A stretch of 54,476 bases of DNA from Deltaproteobacteria bacterium (GCA_011042225.1 DQXT01000056.1:1-54476); one strand, 5' to 3'. Shown: positions 27,500 to 37,199, numbered from the stretch's first letter. Notes: generated by a model not told the origin, from the letters alone. Numbers and translations: made by a program.

Positions 27500-28279
27500 A
27501 TGTCCATTCTTAGTTATCTGTCGCTGTTATTAATGCCTCTATTTTTCTTATTTCAGGCCCAAGACTGCTCTGCTGATACCTGTCCATCAAAGGAGATCAT
27601 GCAAAAAAAGGTAGTGGAGACCTTCAAACAAAATATCACCGTAACAAAGATCCAGGCATGTATTGTGCCAGGGCTTTGCGAAATCCAGGTGGATCTCAAG
27701 GGCCAAAACCGAATCCTGTATACCGACTCAAAGGGGGAATTTCTGATCGCCGGGCAAATCTTTAAGACATCAGATGGAACCAATATAACAAAAGAGGCAA
27801 TTGTTGAACTCAATCGTTTTACTGATTCGGACATCAGACGACTTGAAGACCTGACTGCCTTTACGATCGGTTCAAAAGGGGAAATTGTTTATTTCGTCAC
27901 AGACCCCCAATGTCCATATTGCAAAAAGGCAGAGAGAATTATCGCCCAAATGGCGGAATCAGAGGAATTGCAATTAAAGGTCTTGCTGTTTCCCCTCAGT
28001 TTTCATAAAGGCGCAAAGGAACAGTGTATATCCGCCATATGTAATAATAAGGGACTTGAAGGCCTTCACAGTGAACTCAAATCGGAGAACCTTTGCCAAG
28101 AGGGGAAAAACAAGGTCGAAGATACCATACGCTTTTTAAGACAAAAGGGTATATCAAGTGTTCCGACCTATATATTCACCGACGGCAAGTATCGTTCAGG
28201 CGTGCTTGAGGAACAGTCCGTAAAAGAGATGCTGACAGGGCTTCCAAGGGATGAGGCGGCTCGGAAAGAACAAAAATAG
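27500..28279 (+). CDS. Secreted DsbC/DsbG-like thiol:disulfide interchange protein
   Basis: Has a signal peptide (MSILSYLSLLLMPLFFLFQA) and a thioredoxin fold with the CPYC active site (VTDPQCPYCKK). The overall layout resembles DsbC. Confidence 0.7.
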   Translation: MSILSYLSLLLMPLFFLFQAQDCSADTCPSKEIMQKKVVETFKQNITVTKIQACIVPGLCEIQVDLKGQNRILYTDSKGEFLIAGQIFKTSDGTNITKEAIVELNRFTDSDIRRLEDLTAFTIGSKGEIVYFVTDPQCPYCKKAERIIAQMAESEELQLKVLLFPLSFHKGAKEQCISAICNNKGLEGLHSELKSENLCQEGKNKVEDTIRFLRQKGISSVPTYIFTDGKYRSGVLEEQSVKEMLTGLPRDEAARKEQK

Positions 28280-29219
28280 TCGGCTGCTGCCGGGGTATGC
28301 CCTGGCAGCAATCGCTGCTCTTGCTGTTGCCGAGATCTTTCTTTTTTTAAAGATTCCTATAGTTCAGGACTATTTTTATATCCTTGCCTGGTGGCCTTAT
28401 ATAATCCTTGCTGACGGCCTGATTTACAAACAACGAGGATGGTCGCCCATTAAAGGCAGGCCGTTTGGTTTTCTTTCACTGATCACTTGGTCTGTTACCA
28501 TATGGCTGGTCTTTGAGCTTTTCAACTTAAGACTCCAAAACTGGCATTATATACAACTTGTATCAAATCCTCTCTTGAGATGGTCAGGCTATACCCTTGC
28601 CTTTGCCACGGTTTTTCCCGCCCTCTTTGAAACCTACTACCTTATAAAAACCTTGGGTATCTCAGAGCAAATAAGGTCCCGACCTTTTACCATAAAGCCG
28701 ATAATTGAAAGAATTTCTTTGTCAACAGGACTGATTTGTTTGATTTTGCCTATAGTTTTGCCTAAATATTTTTTCCCCTTGGTATGGATTGGGTTTGTGC
28801 TTCTTTTGGATCCTATAAACGCAAGGATGAAGGGACCCAGTTTACTTAAGGACATCTCAAACGGAACACCTCAAAAGGCTATCCAGCTCCTGATCTCCGG
28901 CATGATATGCGGCCTTCTGTGGGAATTCTGGAATTTCTGGGCAAAATCCAAGTGGATCTATACAATCCCCTTTGTAGGAGACTTAAAACTTTTTGAAATG
29001 CCTGTTCTGGGATTTCTGGGTTTCCCGCCCTTCGCCCTTGAGTGTTATGTAATGTATAATTCTATATGCTGCCTCGGTTTGGCCATTCCATGGGAGCAAA
29101 AAATCAGCAACAAAAAGATGTGTAAAGGTATCTCCGTTATTGTACCGGCAGTTCAAATAGCCTTCTGGTTTTTTGTTTTTTCTCTTATAGATAAAAATAC
29201 TGTTAGTTCATTCCATTGA
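28251..29219 (+). CDS. Polytopic membrane protein, family not recognised
   Basis: 322-aa frame with about 8 hydrophobic segments rich in W/F/Y. It overlaps the preceding gene by 29 nt and the next frame by 4 nt. Confidence 0.55.
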   Translation: MRRLGKNKNSRLLPGYALAAIAALAVAEIFLFLKIPIVQDYFYILAWWPYIILADGLIYKQRGWSPIKGRPFGFLSLITWSVTIWLVFELFNLRLQNWHYIQLVSNPLLRWSGYTLAFATVFPALFETYYLIKTLGISEQIRSRPFTIKPIIERISLSTGLICLILPIVLPKYFFPLVWIGFVLLLDPINARMKGPSLLKDISNGTPQKAIQLLISGMICGLLWEFWNFWAKSKWIYTIPFVGDLKLFEMPVLGFLGFPPFALECYVMYNSICCLGLAIPWEQKISNKKMCKGISVIVPAVQIAFWFFVFSLIDKNTVSSFH

Positions 29220-29323
29220 CGGATCATAGACTCCGGCTATATTGTCTGTCAGTAATCCGTAAAAGTTCATGGGTTAAAACAGTAAATTTATCAATGCCTA
29301 ATATTAAGAGGAGGAAACCGCTG

Positions 29324-30616
29324 ATGAAAGACTTGAAACAGATGTATAAGACAATACTTGGGGATCAGTTTCCTCTGGAACTCCGCATATCCTTCGGTGA
29401 GCAGACACTGATTTATCGTAAGCGGACCTGGAAGATAAAAAACGACAAGTCCGGAGAACTGGAAGAAAAAGGTATCCGTTACGGAGAAAACCCAGACCAG
29501 GAAGCGGCACTTTACGAACTGGTAAATGGAAATCTTGTCTTGGGTGACTGCGCTTATATTGAGGCTGGAAACGGTCTCGTAAGCTCAATAAACGATGAAG
29601 ATATGATTCAGGCCGGCAAGCATCCAGGCAAGATCAATCTTACTGATATAGATAATTCTCTTAATATACTTAAATTTCTTTCCAAGGGCCCCGCCGCCGT
29701 CATAGTGAAACACAATAACCCTTGCGGAGCAGCCTGTGGCACCAGCATCGAGGACGCCCTAATAAAGGCGTCCAGGGCGGACAGAGTAGCGGCATTCGGC
29801 GGTTGTGTTGCCCTCAACAGACCTATAGACAAGCCAACAGCCGAGGCCCTCAGCAGTCAATATCTTGAGGTTGTTTGTGCACCTGATTACGAAAAAGGCG
29901 CGGTAGATATACTGTCTCGGAAGAAAAATTTAAGAATTATCCGGATCAAACGCATCGATCAACTGGAGACCTTTTGGGACAAGCGTTTTATAGACTTTAA
30001 GAGCCTGATAGACGGAGGAATCATAGTCCAGCAATCCCCTGTAAACAAAATCCGTACCAGGAAAGACTTGAAGCCCGCCGAATGTGAATACCAGGGCAAG
30101 ATATACAAGATTAATCGTCTGCCGGATGACAGAGAATACGAAGACATGCTGTTCGGTTGGGCAGTTGAACAAGGAGTTACTTCCAACTCTGTAATCTATG
30201 TCAAAAATGGAGTAACCGTAGGGATAGGCACAGGAGAACAGGACAGAGTCGGCGTAGCAGAAATCGCGGTCTACAAGGCATATACAAAGTACGCAGACAT
30301 TCTCTGCTATGACAGGCTTGGAATAGCCTATAAGGAACTTGAGCTTTTGATAAATAAAGGAGAACGTGACGTTGCCGAAAAAGATGAAATCGATCAACAG
30401 GTAAAGGCGGATCGTGGCGGTCTTCCCGGTTCTGTCATGGTCTCTGATGCATTCTTTCCGTTCAGGGACGGGGTGGATGTAGGCATCAAACAGGGTGTTT
30501 CGGCAATTGTACACCCAGGTGGCTCCCTTAAAGATTGGGAATCCATCGAAGCCTGTAATGAGGCCGGGCCTCCAGTTACTATGGCATTTACGGGTCAAAG
30601 GGCCTTTAAACACTAG
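29324..30616 (+). CDS. purH: AICAR transformylase-only PurH homolog (no MGS/IMP cyclohydrolase domain)
   Basis: Contains IRYGENPDQEAALYE, VKHNNPCGAA and SDAFFPFRDG (AICARFT domain). The start is set at ATG 29324, 9 nt after GAGGAGG; the track's upstream extension has no homology signal. Confidence 0.8.
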   Translation: MKDLKQMYKTILGDQFPLELRISFGEQTLIYRKRTWKIKNDKSGELEEKGIRYGENPDQEAALYELVNGNLVLGDCAYIEAGNGLVSSINDEDMIQAGKHPGKINLTDIDNSLNILKFLSKGPAAVIVKHNNPCGAACGTSIEDALIKASRADRVAAFGGCVALNRPIDKPTAEALSSQYLEVVCAPDYEKGAVDILSRKKNLRIIRIKRIDQLETFWDKRFIDFKSLIDGGIIVQQSPVNKIRTRKDLKPAECEYQGKIYKINRLPDDREYEDMLFGWAVEQGVTSNSVIYVKNGVTVGIGTGEQDRVGVAEIAVYKAYTKYADILCYDRLGIAYKELELLINKGERDVAEKDEIDQQVKADRGGLPGSVMVSDAFFPFRDGVDVGIKQGVSAIVHPGGSLKDWESIEACNEAGPPVTMAFTGQRAFKH

Positions 30617-30643
30617 ACCTGATTCAATTAGAGGCATTATATA

Positions 30644-31060
30644 TTGCAAAAATCTCAGAAGCATGGCAGTTTGAAGACAGCTCCTTCCAAGATTGTTGAG
30701 AAAATAAATCTCCCAAACAATCTTATTCTGGAAATATATGACTATTCCCGTCTTGTAGCCGGGGACAGGTGGCTTGTGGGATTACTTGTAAGGATTCCAA
30801 TAACAATCAGTGAGAAAGACTTTGCTGACAAGGACGAAAGGCTTTACAAAGACTTTTTAAAGGATCAAGGGCCTGTAATATATTTCGAGCTGAAAAAGGA
30901 GAGAAACTTCATAGACGTAAAGGAAAAAGAAAAAATCTTTAACCAAATGTTGAATGAACTAAAAGAATATGCATTGTACTATATGGGGCATGTATCCTTT
31001 GCAAAGGGATTCATAAGGCGGCGGATTCAGTCCTTTGAAGAAAGACAGAAATGGCGATAA
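30644..31060 (+). CDS. Hypothetical protein (138 aa)
   Basis: Open frame with a TTG start. Its stop overlaps the next gene's ATG by 10 nt. I recognise no motifs. Confidence 0.45.
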   Translation: MQKSQKHGSLKTAPSKIVEKINLPNNLILEIYDYSRLVAGDRWLVGLLVRIPITISEKDFADKDERLYKDFLKDQGPVIYFELKKERNFIDVKEKEKIFNQMLNELKEYALYYMGHVSFAKGFIRRRIQSFEERQKWR

Positions 31061-31896
31061 ACAATCATCTGGGGCAGCTGGACCGTCCAGAAATAATCAA
31101 TTTCTTGTTTAGGAACAGAAATAGTTCGCATGGGACGGCAGAAGAATCTCGTTCAACATGGAAAACAACGACAGGTACACTGACAGCAAAATCCTCGGAC
31201 GGAATTGATATTCATTGCAGGATCTTCAGTGGAATACCGGAAGAGCCTCACATTCTGTTTTTCCCTGCAGAGTACGACCATGAAACAGATATCATGAATC
31301 TGGCAACCGGGTTTGGGCAAATAGGCATTACCCTGATAACAACGGACTATCGCGGATGCCGGGATAGCGGCGGAGAACCATCCGTAAGCACCTTACCTCA
31401 GGATGCCGAGGCCTTCTATCAGGCTGTAAAAGACTGGTATGTCGCGAGACAAAGGACCGGCCCCTTTGTATTCATGGGTCGTTCCCTTGGATCTGCGGTT
31501 GCACTCGATCTTGCCTTTCATCACAACGATGATTCCCTGGCCCTTATTATGGAAAGCTCCTTTGACTTGACAGAAGATTTTCTGTCGGGCAATGGAATTC
31601 AAATAAATGGATCAGGGCTTTCCGGAGAAGATCCTTTTTCAAACCGCTCTAAGATGAATGACTACAGCAAGGCAGTACTCTTTCTGCACAGCCACCGCGA
31701 CGAAGTCATATCTCTGAATCAGATTGAGTGGCTGGTGGCCGAGAGCCGTTCAAAAGCGACCCAGCTCCAGATCGTACCCAGCGAATGCAGAAAGGACATT
31801 GCGGAAAAGGCGGGAGATCTCTATTTTGCTATAATAAAAGACTTTCTTAATAGACGTATGGGTCGAAGACTGCATAGAAGGCGGAAAAAGAAATGA
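31051..31896 (+). CDS. Alpha/beta hydrolase fold protein
   Basis: Contains the nucleophile elbow GRSLGSAVA, followed by downstream D and H candidates (HSHRDEV). The C-terminal tail is very basic. Confidence 0.65.
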   Translation: MAINNHLGQLDRPEIINFLFRNRNSSHGTAEESRSTWKTTTGTLTAKSSDGIDIHCRIFSGIPEEPHILFFPAEYDHETDIMNLATGFGQIGITLITTDYRGCRDSGGEPSVSTLPQDAEAFYQAVKDWYVARQRTGPFVFMGRSLGSAVALDLAFHHNDDSLALIMESSFDLTEDFLSGNGIQINGSGLSGEDPFSNRSKMNDYSKAVLFLHSHRDEVISLNQIEWLVAESRSKATQLQIVPSECRKDIAEKAGDLYFAIIKDFLNRRMGRRLHRRRKKK

Positions 31897-32910
31897 TCAG
31901 ACCCATACACCCTGGATAATCTCTCCGCACTTGCTGCATTTTCCGTCAGACAGCAAATTTTTCACTATCCTGAAACCGATTCTTTTTATAATTTCTGCAC
32001 CGCAAGACGGGCAATAGGTAGTCTCTCCGCCCTCACCAGGCACATTGCCCTCATAGACAAATCGCAGGCCTTCCTCAAGGCCTATCTCCCTGGCACGACG
32101 CAGGGTGGCAACCGGAGTAGGCGGCCTGTCCAACATTTTGTGGGTAGGATAAAAGGCGGTGACATGCCACGGTATTGATGGTTCGACCCCTTTAATGAAC
32201 CCGGCTATATCCCTCAACTCCTTTGGTGAATCATTCCATCCGGGGATAACCAGGGTTGTAACCTCTACCCATACGCCCAATTCGTGCATCAGACGAACAT
32301 TGTCAAGCACAGGTTGAAGCCTTGCACTGCAGACATCGTGGTAAAATTTATCCGTAAAGGCCTTTATATCAATATTTATTCCGTCCAGTACAGGAGCAAG
32401 GTGACGCGTTACCTCCGGTGTCATATAACCATTGCTGACAAATACGTTCTTAAGCCCCTTATTTCTAGCTGAAATTGCACAATCATAAGCAAATTCATAA
32501 AAGATTGTAGGTTCAACATATGTATAGCTGATACCTTTTGCTCCATGCAACACCGCCTCATTTACAATATCTTCCGGATTCCTTTCTTCTCCTGGGATGT
32601 CTCCTCCATAGATGCTTGGATACTGGGCAATTTGCCAGTTCTGACAGTGCAGACACTTAAAGTTGCACCCTACCGTGGCAATTGAATACGAGATTGAGCC
32701 CGGCAAAAAATGAAAAAGTGGTTTCTTCTCAATCGGGTCGGAGTTTTCCGAAACTATCTTACCATATACAAGACTATAGAGCTTGCCGTCCCAGTTCTCA
32801 CGGACCTTGCAAATTCCTCTTTTCCCGGACTTGATATGACAACGGTGGTTACATAGACTGCATTGCACATTCCCTTTGTCCTCAACCTTATAAAAAAGGG
32901 CCTCTTTCAT
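31897..32910 (-). CDS. AmmeMemoRadiSam-system-type radical SAM enzyme (PflA-related)
   Basis: Has an N-terminal Cys cluster (VQCSLCNHRCHIKSGKRGICKVREN), the radical SAM motif GCNFKCLHCQNW and a C-terminal CPSCG...CSKCG ribbon. I see no AMMECR1 or Memo partner in this window. Confidence 0.75.
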   Translation of the reverse strand: MKEALFYKVEDKGNVQCSLCNHRCHIKSGKRGICKVRENWDGKLYSLVYGKIVSENSDPIEKKPLFHFLPGSISYSIATVGCNFKCLHCQNWQIAQYPSIYGGDIPGEERNPEDIVNEAVLHGAKGISYTYVEPTIFYEFAYDCAISARNKGLKNVFVSNGYMTPEVTRHLAPVLDGINIDIKAFTDKFYHDVCSARLQPVLDNVRLMHELGVWVEVTTLVIPGWNDSPKELRDIAGFIKGVEPSIPWHVTAFYPTHKMLDRPPTPVATLRRAREIGLEEGLRFVYEGNVPGEGGETTYCPSCGAEIIKRIGFRIVKNLLSDGKCSKCGEIIQGVWV

Positions 32911-33133
32911 AAAGAAATTCTCCTTTACAGTTTATGATTAAACTGATAGTAGATATTCTTTTTTATATTTTATAAATTATATCACAAAACATAAATTTAT
33001 CCCACTAGATGAATGAACAAATAGGCATTATGCGATAGTGATCAAGTTCTATCCCTCCATATTTTAATCAAAAAAATCCCTTATAGATTAATGATTCACT
33101 ATTTACAAAAGCTCTAAGTACAATTAAAAATAG

Positions 33134-33161
33134 TTCGACCGTATCTATTCGACCGTATCTA
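33134..33161 (+). promoter_or_regulatory. Perfect 14-bp tandem direct repeat (TTCGACCGTATCTA x2), 56 bp upstream of the acetyl-CoA synthetase gene
   Basis: Read directly: tagTTCGACCGTATCTATTCGACCGTATCTAatag. It sits inside a 306-bp AT-rich intergenic region. Confidence 0.5.
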
Positions 33162-33216
33162 ATAGATTTTAATGCCCATAACTTTAAATTTGATTTATAA
33201 AATGCATCCATAAAAC

Positions 33217-35319
33217 ATGCTGGAAGCTCTGCTCTACCCTAAAAACATCGCTGTAATCGGGGCATCGAGAACACCTGGAAAGGTAGGTTACGAGATAGTA
33301 GCCAATCTGATAAATGGCGGTTTTGCAGGCGATATAGTACCTGTCAACCCGTCAGCAGACCAGATAATCGGGCTCAAATGCTGCAAAACCCTTAAAAACT
33401 ATGAAGGAACTGTGGATTTGGGCATCGTGACTGTTCCCCGCCAGAATGTCATGGTCGCCGTACAGTCCTCTATAGAGGCCGGGGTGAAGGCCCTTGCAGT
33501 GATTACTGCCGGCTTCAGGGAGACCGGCAAAGAAGGTGCGGAGCTTGAGCGCAAACTGGCAGGGCTCTGCAGGGCACACAATGTGCGTTTACTTGGACCT
33601 AACTGTTTGGGCATTATGAACACACATCAACACATGAATGCCTCGTTTGCAGGGATCATGCCTGAATCAGGAAATATATCGGTCTTTTCCCAATCAGGAG
33701 CACTCTGCACCGCCATTGTAGATTCGTCTGTCACAGGCCATTTCGGGCTTGCTAAGCTCATAAGTCTCGGTAACAAAGCAGATCTCACGGAGGTTGATTT
33801 TCTTAAAGCCCTGGCCAAAGATGACAATACAAAGGTAATCGTCGGATACCTTGAAGATATAGTTTCTGGTGACGAATTTGTTAAGGCGGCCGAAGACACT
33901 TGTTCCATGAAGCCTGTTGTAATTCTCAAGGCCGGGACCACCCCCTCAGGTCTGAAGGCTGCTTCATCTCACACGGGGGGTCTTGCCGGAGCCGATATAG
34001 CCTATGGAGCTGCTTTCAGACGCTCAGGAGTAATCAGGGCAGATAATTTTCAGGCCCTTTTTGATTACGCATCGGCCCTGGCAATGCAGCCTCTCCCCAG
34101 GGGTGACCGAGTTCTCATTATTACAAACGCCGGTGGACCGGGAACAATGGCTGCGGATGCTGTAGAAAAATCAGGCATGACCGTCGCGGCCCTGGCCTAT
34201 AGTACCTCAGCCGCCCTTAAAGGAAAGCTTCCAAGGGCATCGAGTACTGGAAATCCCGTAGATGTGCTGGGCGACGCTGATCCGGAAAGATATGCTATTG
34301 CATTAAGCACCGCCCAGGATGACGATTCAGTAGACGCCATTATCGTAATTTTGACGCCTCAGGCCATGACAAGGCCCTCAGAGACCGCAAGAGCTATCGC
34401 CGATTGCGTGAGATCCGACAAGCCTGTTCTTGCCTCATTCATGGGGGGCAAACATGTAATGCCGGGAAATAAAGAACTGGTTGCTGCCGGACTCCCGGTC
34501 TATAATTCGCCTGAGCGGGCAGTCGACGCCCTCAAGGCCATGTACGAATATTCAGTATGGCGGCGGCGCCCACCCCGGATAGTGACACGATTCAGAGTCC
34601 ATCGCCGGCGGGTTGAGCGTATTATCGCACGGCATCTCAGGACCAACAGGACCCATGTAGGTGATATTAAAGCCAAGCATATCCTGAGTGCTTATGGCTT
34701 TAGGATACCGGAAGGCCACCTGGCAAATACTACCGATGAAGCATTGGAGGCCGCAGAGCAAATAGGCTACCCTGTAGCTATAAAAATAGTCTCACCCGAC
34801 ATTATTCATAAAACAGACCTCGGTGGCGTGAAATTAAACCTTTCTACTGCTGATGATGTACGAGATGCATTTGATCTGATGATGCTCAGGATAAGGCAGA
34901 TTGCGCCTGAAGCCTATATCGAAGGCATTTATATAGAAAAAATGCTGCCGCGGGGCATGGAAGTCATAATAGGCATGAGCCGTGATCCCCAGTTTGGTCC
35001 AATGCTCATGTTCGGGCTTGGAGGCATATTTGTCGAAGTAATGAAAGACGTTACCTTTCATCTGGCCCCTATCACCACGGAAGAGGCGTTTCAAATGCTT
35101 AAAAGTACCAGGTCCTATGAGATGCTTAAAGGGACCCGCGGCAAAAGAGGAGTTGATTTTGCCGCAATAGCCAACGGACTTCAAAGAATAAGCCAGTTGG
35201 TTACGGATTATACGGAAATTATCGAGCTTGATATCAACCCATTTATTGTCGGAGACATCGGGACAGGACCATTTGTGGCCGATGCACGCATGACCTTGGC
35301 TCACAAAAAGACTGAGTAA
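33217..35319 (+). CDS. ADP-forming acetyl-CoA synthetase (fused alpha-beta, ACD / NDP-forming acyl-CoA synthetase family)
   Basis: Contains the CoA-binding N-terminus (IAVIGASRTPGKVG), the phosphohistidine loop ASSHTGGLAG and a C-terminal ATP-grasp domain (GYPVAIKIVSPDIIHKTDLGGV). Confidence 0.9.
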   Translation: MLEALLYPKNIAVIGASRTPGKVGYEIVANLINGGFAGDIVPVNPSADQIIGLKCCKTLKNYEGTVDLGIVTVPRQNVMVAVQSSIEAGVKALAVITAGFRETGKEGAELERKLAGLCRAHNVRLLGPNCLGIMNTHQHMNASFAGIMPESGNISVFSQSGALCTAIVDSSVTGHFGLAKLISLGNKADLTEVDFLKALAKDDNTKVIVGYLEDIVSGDEFVKAAEDTCSMKPVVILKAGTTPSGLKAASSHTGGLAGADIAYGAAFRRSGVIRADNFQALFDYASALAMQPLPRGDRVLIITNAGGPGTMAADAVEKSGMTVAALAYSTSAALKGKLPRASSTGNPVDVLGDADPERYAIALSTAQDDDSVDAIIVILTPQAMTRPSETARAIADCVRSDKPVLASFMGGKHVMPGNKELVAAGLPVYNSPERAVDALKAMYEYSVWRRRPPRIVTRFRVHRRRVERIIARHLRTNRTHVGDIKAKHILSAYGFRIPEGHLANTTDEALEAAEQIGYPVAIKIVSPDIIHKTDLGGVKLNLSTADDVRDAFDLMMLRIRQIAPEAYIEGIYIEKMLPRGMEVIIGMSRDPQFGPMLMFGLGGIFVEVMKDVTFHLAPITTEEAFQMLKSTRSYEMLKGTRGKRGVDFAAIANGLQRISQLVTDYTEIIELDINPFIVGDIGTGPFVADARMTLAHKKTE

Positions 35320-37199
35320 TGGGCAAACCAAATCAGATGGATTACGACACAAACTGGCTGGATAAATATAAAGACATGATCGCCACTCCGGGACAGGCGC
35401 TGTCGCAACTGCGGCCGGGGCAGCGAGTATTTATCGGGACAGGGTGTGGAGAACCGAAAAAACTGGTAAAGGCCTTGACTGACCGTGCCTCCAAACTGGC
35501 CGACATGGAGATTGTCCAACTACTTACTTTGGGCGAGGCCCCTTATGCCCATAAGAAACTTACTGATTGCTTTCTGGTAAACAGCTTTTTTATTGCGGAC
35601 AATATCAGAGAACTCATTCAGGAAGGCCTGGGCAAATATACACCTATCTTTCTTTCAGATATTCCACGACTTTTCAGTTCGGGTCAGTTACCTCTGGATG
35701 CCGCCCTAATACAGGTTACACCTCCGGATGAACGCGGGAAGGTGAGCCTCGGGATCTCCGTGGATATTGTAAAAAGTGCTGCGGAAAATGCCTCGCTTGT
35801 CATCGCTCAAGTCAACTCCCAGATGCCGAGGACCCTTGGAGACAGTTTTATTGATGTCTACGATCTGGATTTTCTGGTTCCTGCGGACATACCTATCTTT
35901 GAAACCACCGCGCCGGAAAGCACAGAAGTGACCCGCCGCATAGGAAAACGGATCGCAGCCCTTATAGAAGACGGATCAACGATTGAGGTGGGAATCGGAC
36001 GCATCCCTCACACAGCAGTCGATTTTCTAAAGGAAAAACAAAATCTTGGTATACACACGGAGATGTTCACGGACAACATTATAGATCTGGTGGAATCAGG
36101 GGCTGTAACCGGCGCAAGGAAGACCCTTGACAGGGGTAAAATTGTTGCCAGCTTCTGTTTTGGCACACGAAGGCTCTATGACTATATCCACAACAATCCC
36201 CTCTTCTCTTTTCGTCCGACCGAATATGTCAATAATCCCTTTATTATTGCAAAACAATACAAAATGGTGGCCATTAACACGGCCCTGGAGATAGACCTTA
36301 CAGGGCAGGTCTGCGCGGATTCCCTCGGCACCAAATTTTATTCGGGTATAGGCGGCCAGGTGGATTTTAACAGTGGGGCGGCCAGATCATATGGTGGCAA
36401 GGCAATTATAGCCCTGCCATCCACTACATCGGACGGGAACACTTCACGAATCGTTGCAAAACTGAGTCCGGGCGCCGGCGTAGTAACTACCCGCGGAGAT
36501 GTACACTATGTTGTAACTGAGTACGGTGTAGCCTATCTTCACGGCAAAAGTGTGCGTGACCGGGCGCTGGCATTGATCAGCATTGCTCACCCGCGTTTTC
36601 TTGAAACTCTGCTTAAGGAAGCTATTGAGGCGAAATATCTCCGAAAAGAGCTCGCAGATGTAGGGGAAAGCTTTATAATAGCTCCACACGAGGCAAAGAC
36701 ATCCTTGCTTTTAGATGATGGAACGAAAATCAATTTCAGGCCTATACATCCTACCGACGAACCGAAAATGAAGGACCTGCTGTATACACTCTCTCAAGAT
36801 GCAGTGTACTCTCGTTTCATGACACACGTACAGCGCTTCCCATATAAGCAGATTAAAGACTTCGTGTTCGTCGACCATAGAAAAGAAGTGGCCATCGTAG
36901 CTGTTCTGCCTGAGGCCCATGGAGAAGATATAATTGCGGTTGGCAGATATTACCTTGATCCACGGACCAACCGCGCGGAGGTCGCATTTGTAGTACGCGA
37001 TGATTGGCAGGGTCGCGGCATAGGTAAGTTTTTGTTCAGACACCTTACCAATATTGCCAAACGGCATGGCATATCCGGATTTACAGCGGAAGTCCTTAGA
37101 GAAAACAAAAGAATGCAGGCAATTTTTAATAACAGTGATTTGCGAGTCAGAAGCAAGCTGAATGATGACATCTATAGCTTTGAGATGGACTTTAATTGA
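35319..37199 (+). CDS. Fusion protein: acetyl-CoA hydrolase/transferase family (4-hydroxybutyrate CoA-transferase-like) domain plus a C-terminal GNAT acetyltransferase
   Basis: Contains the family I CoA-transferase motifs GIHTEMFTD and SGIGGQVDF, then the GNAT acetyl-CoA motif (VRDDWQGRGIGKFL). The ATG overlaps the preceding TAA (TAATG). Confidence 0.85.
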   Translation: MGKPNQMDYDTNWLDKYKDMIATPGQALSQLRPGQRVFIGTGCGEPKKLVKALTDRASKLADMEIVQLLTLGEAPYAHKKLTDCFLVNSFFIADNIRELIQEGLGKYTPIFLSDIPRLFSSGQLPLDAALIQVTPPDERGKVSLGISVDIVKSAAENASLVIAQVNSQMPRTLGDSFIDVYDLDFLVPADIPIFETTAPESTEVTRRIGKRIAALIEDGSTIEVGIGRIPHTAVDFLKEKQNLGIHTEMFTDNIIDLVESGAVTGARKTLDRGKIVASFCFGTRRLYDYIHNNPLFSFRPTEYVNNPFIIAKQYKMVAINTALEIDLTGQVCADSLGTKFYSGIGGQVDFNSGAARSYGGKAIIALPSTTSDGNTSRIVAKLSPGAGVVTTRGDVHYVVTEYGVAYLHGKSVRDRALALISIAHPRFLETLLKEAIEAKYLRKELADVGESFIIAPHEAKTSLLLDDGTKINFRPIHPTDEPKMKDLLYTLSQDAVYSRFMTHVQRFPYKQIKDFVFVDHRKEVAIVAVLPEAHGEDIIAVGRYYLDPRTNRAEVAFVVRDDWQGRGIGKFLFRHLTNIAKRHGISGFTAEVLRENKRMQAIFNNSDLRVRSKLNDDIYSFEMDFN

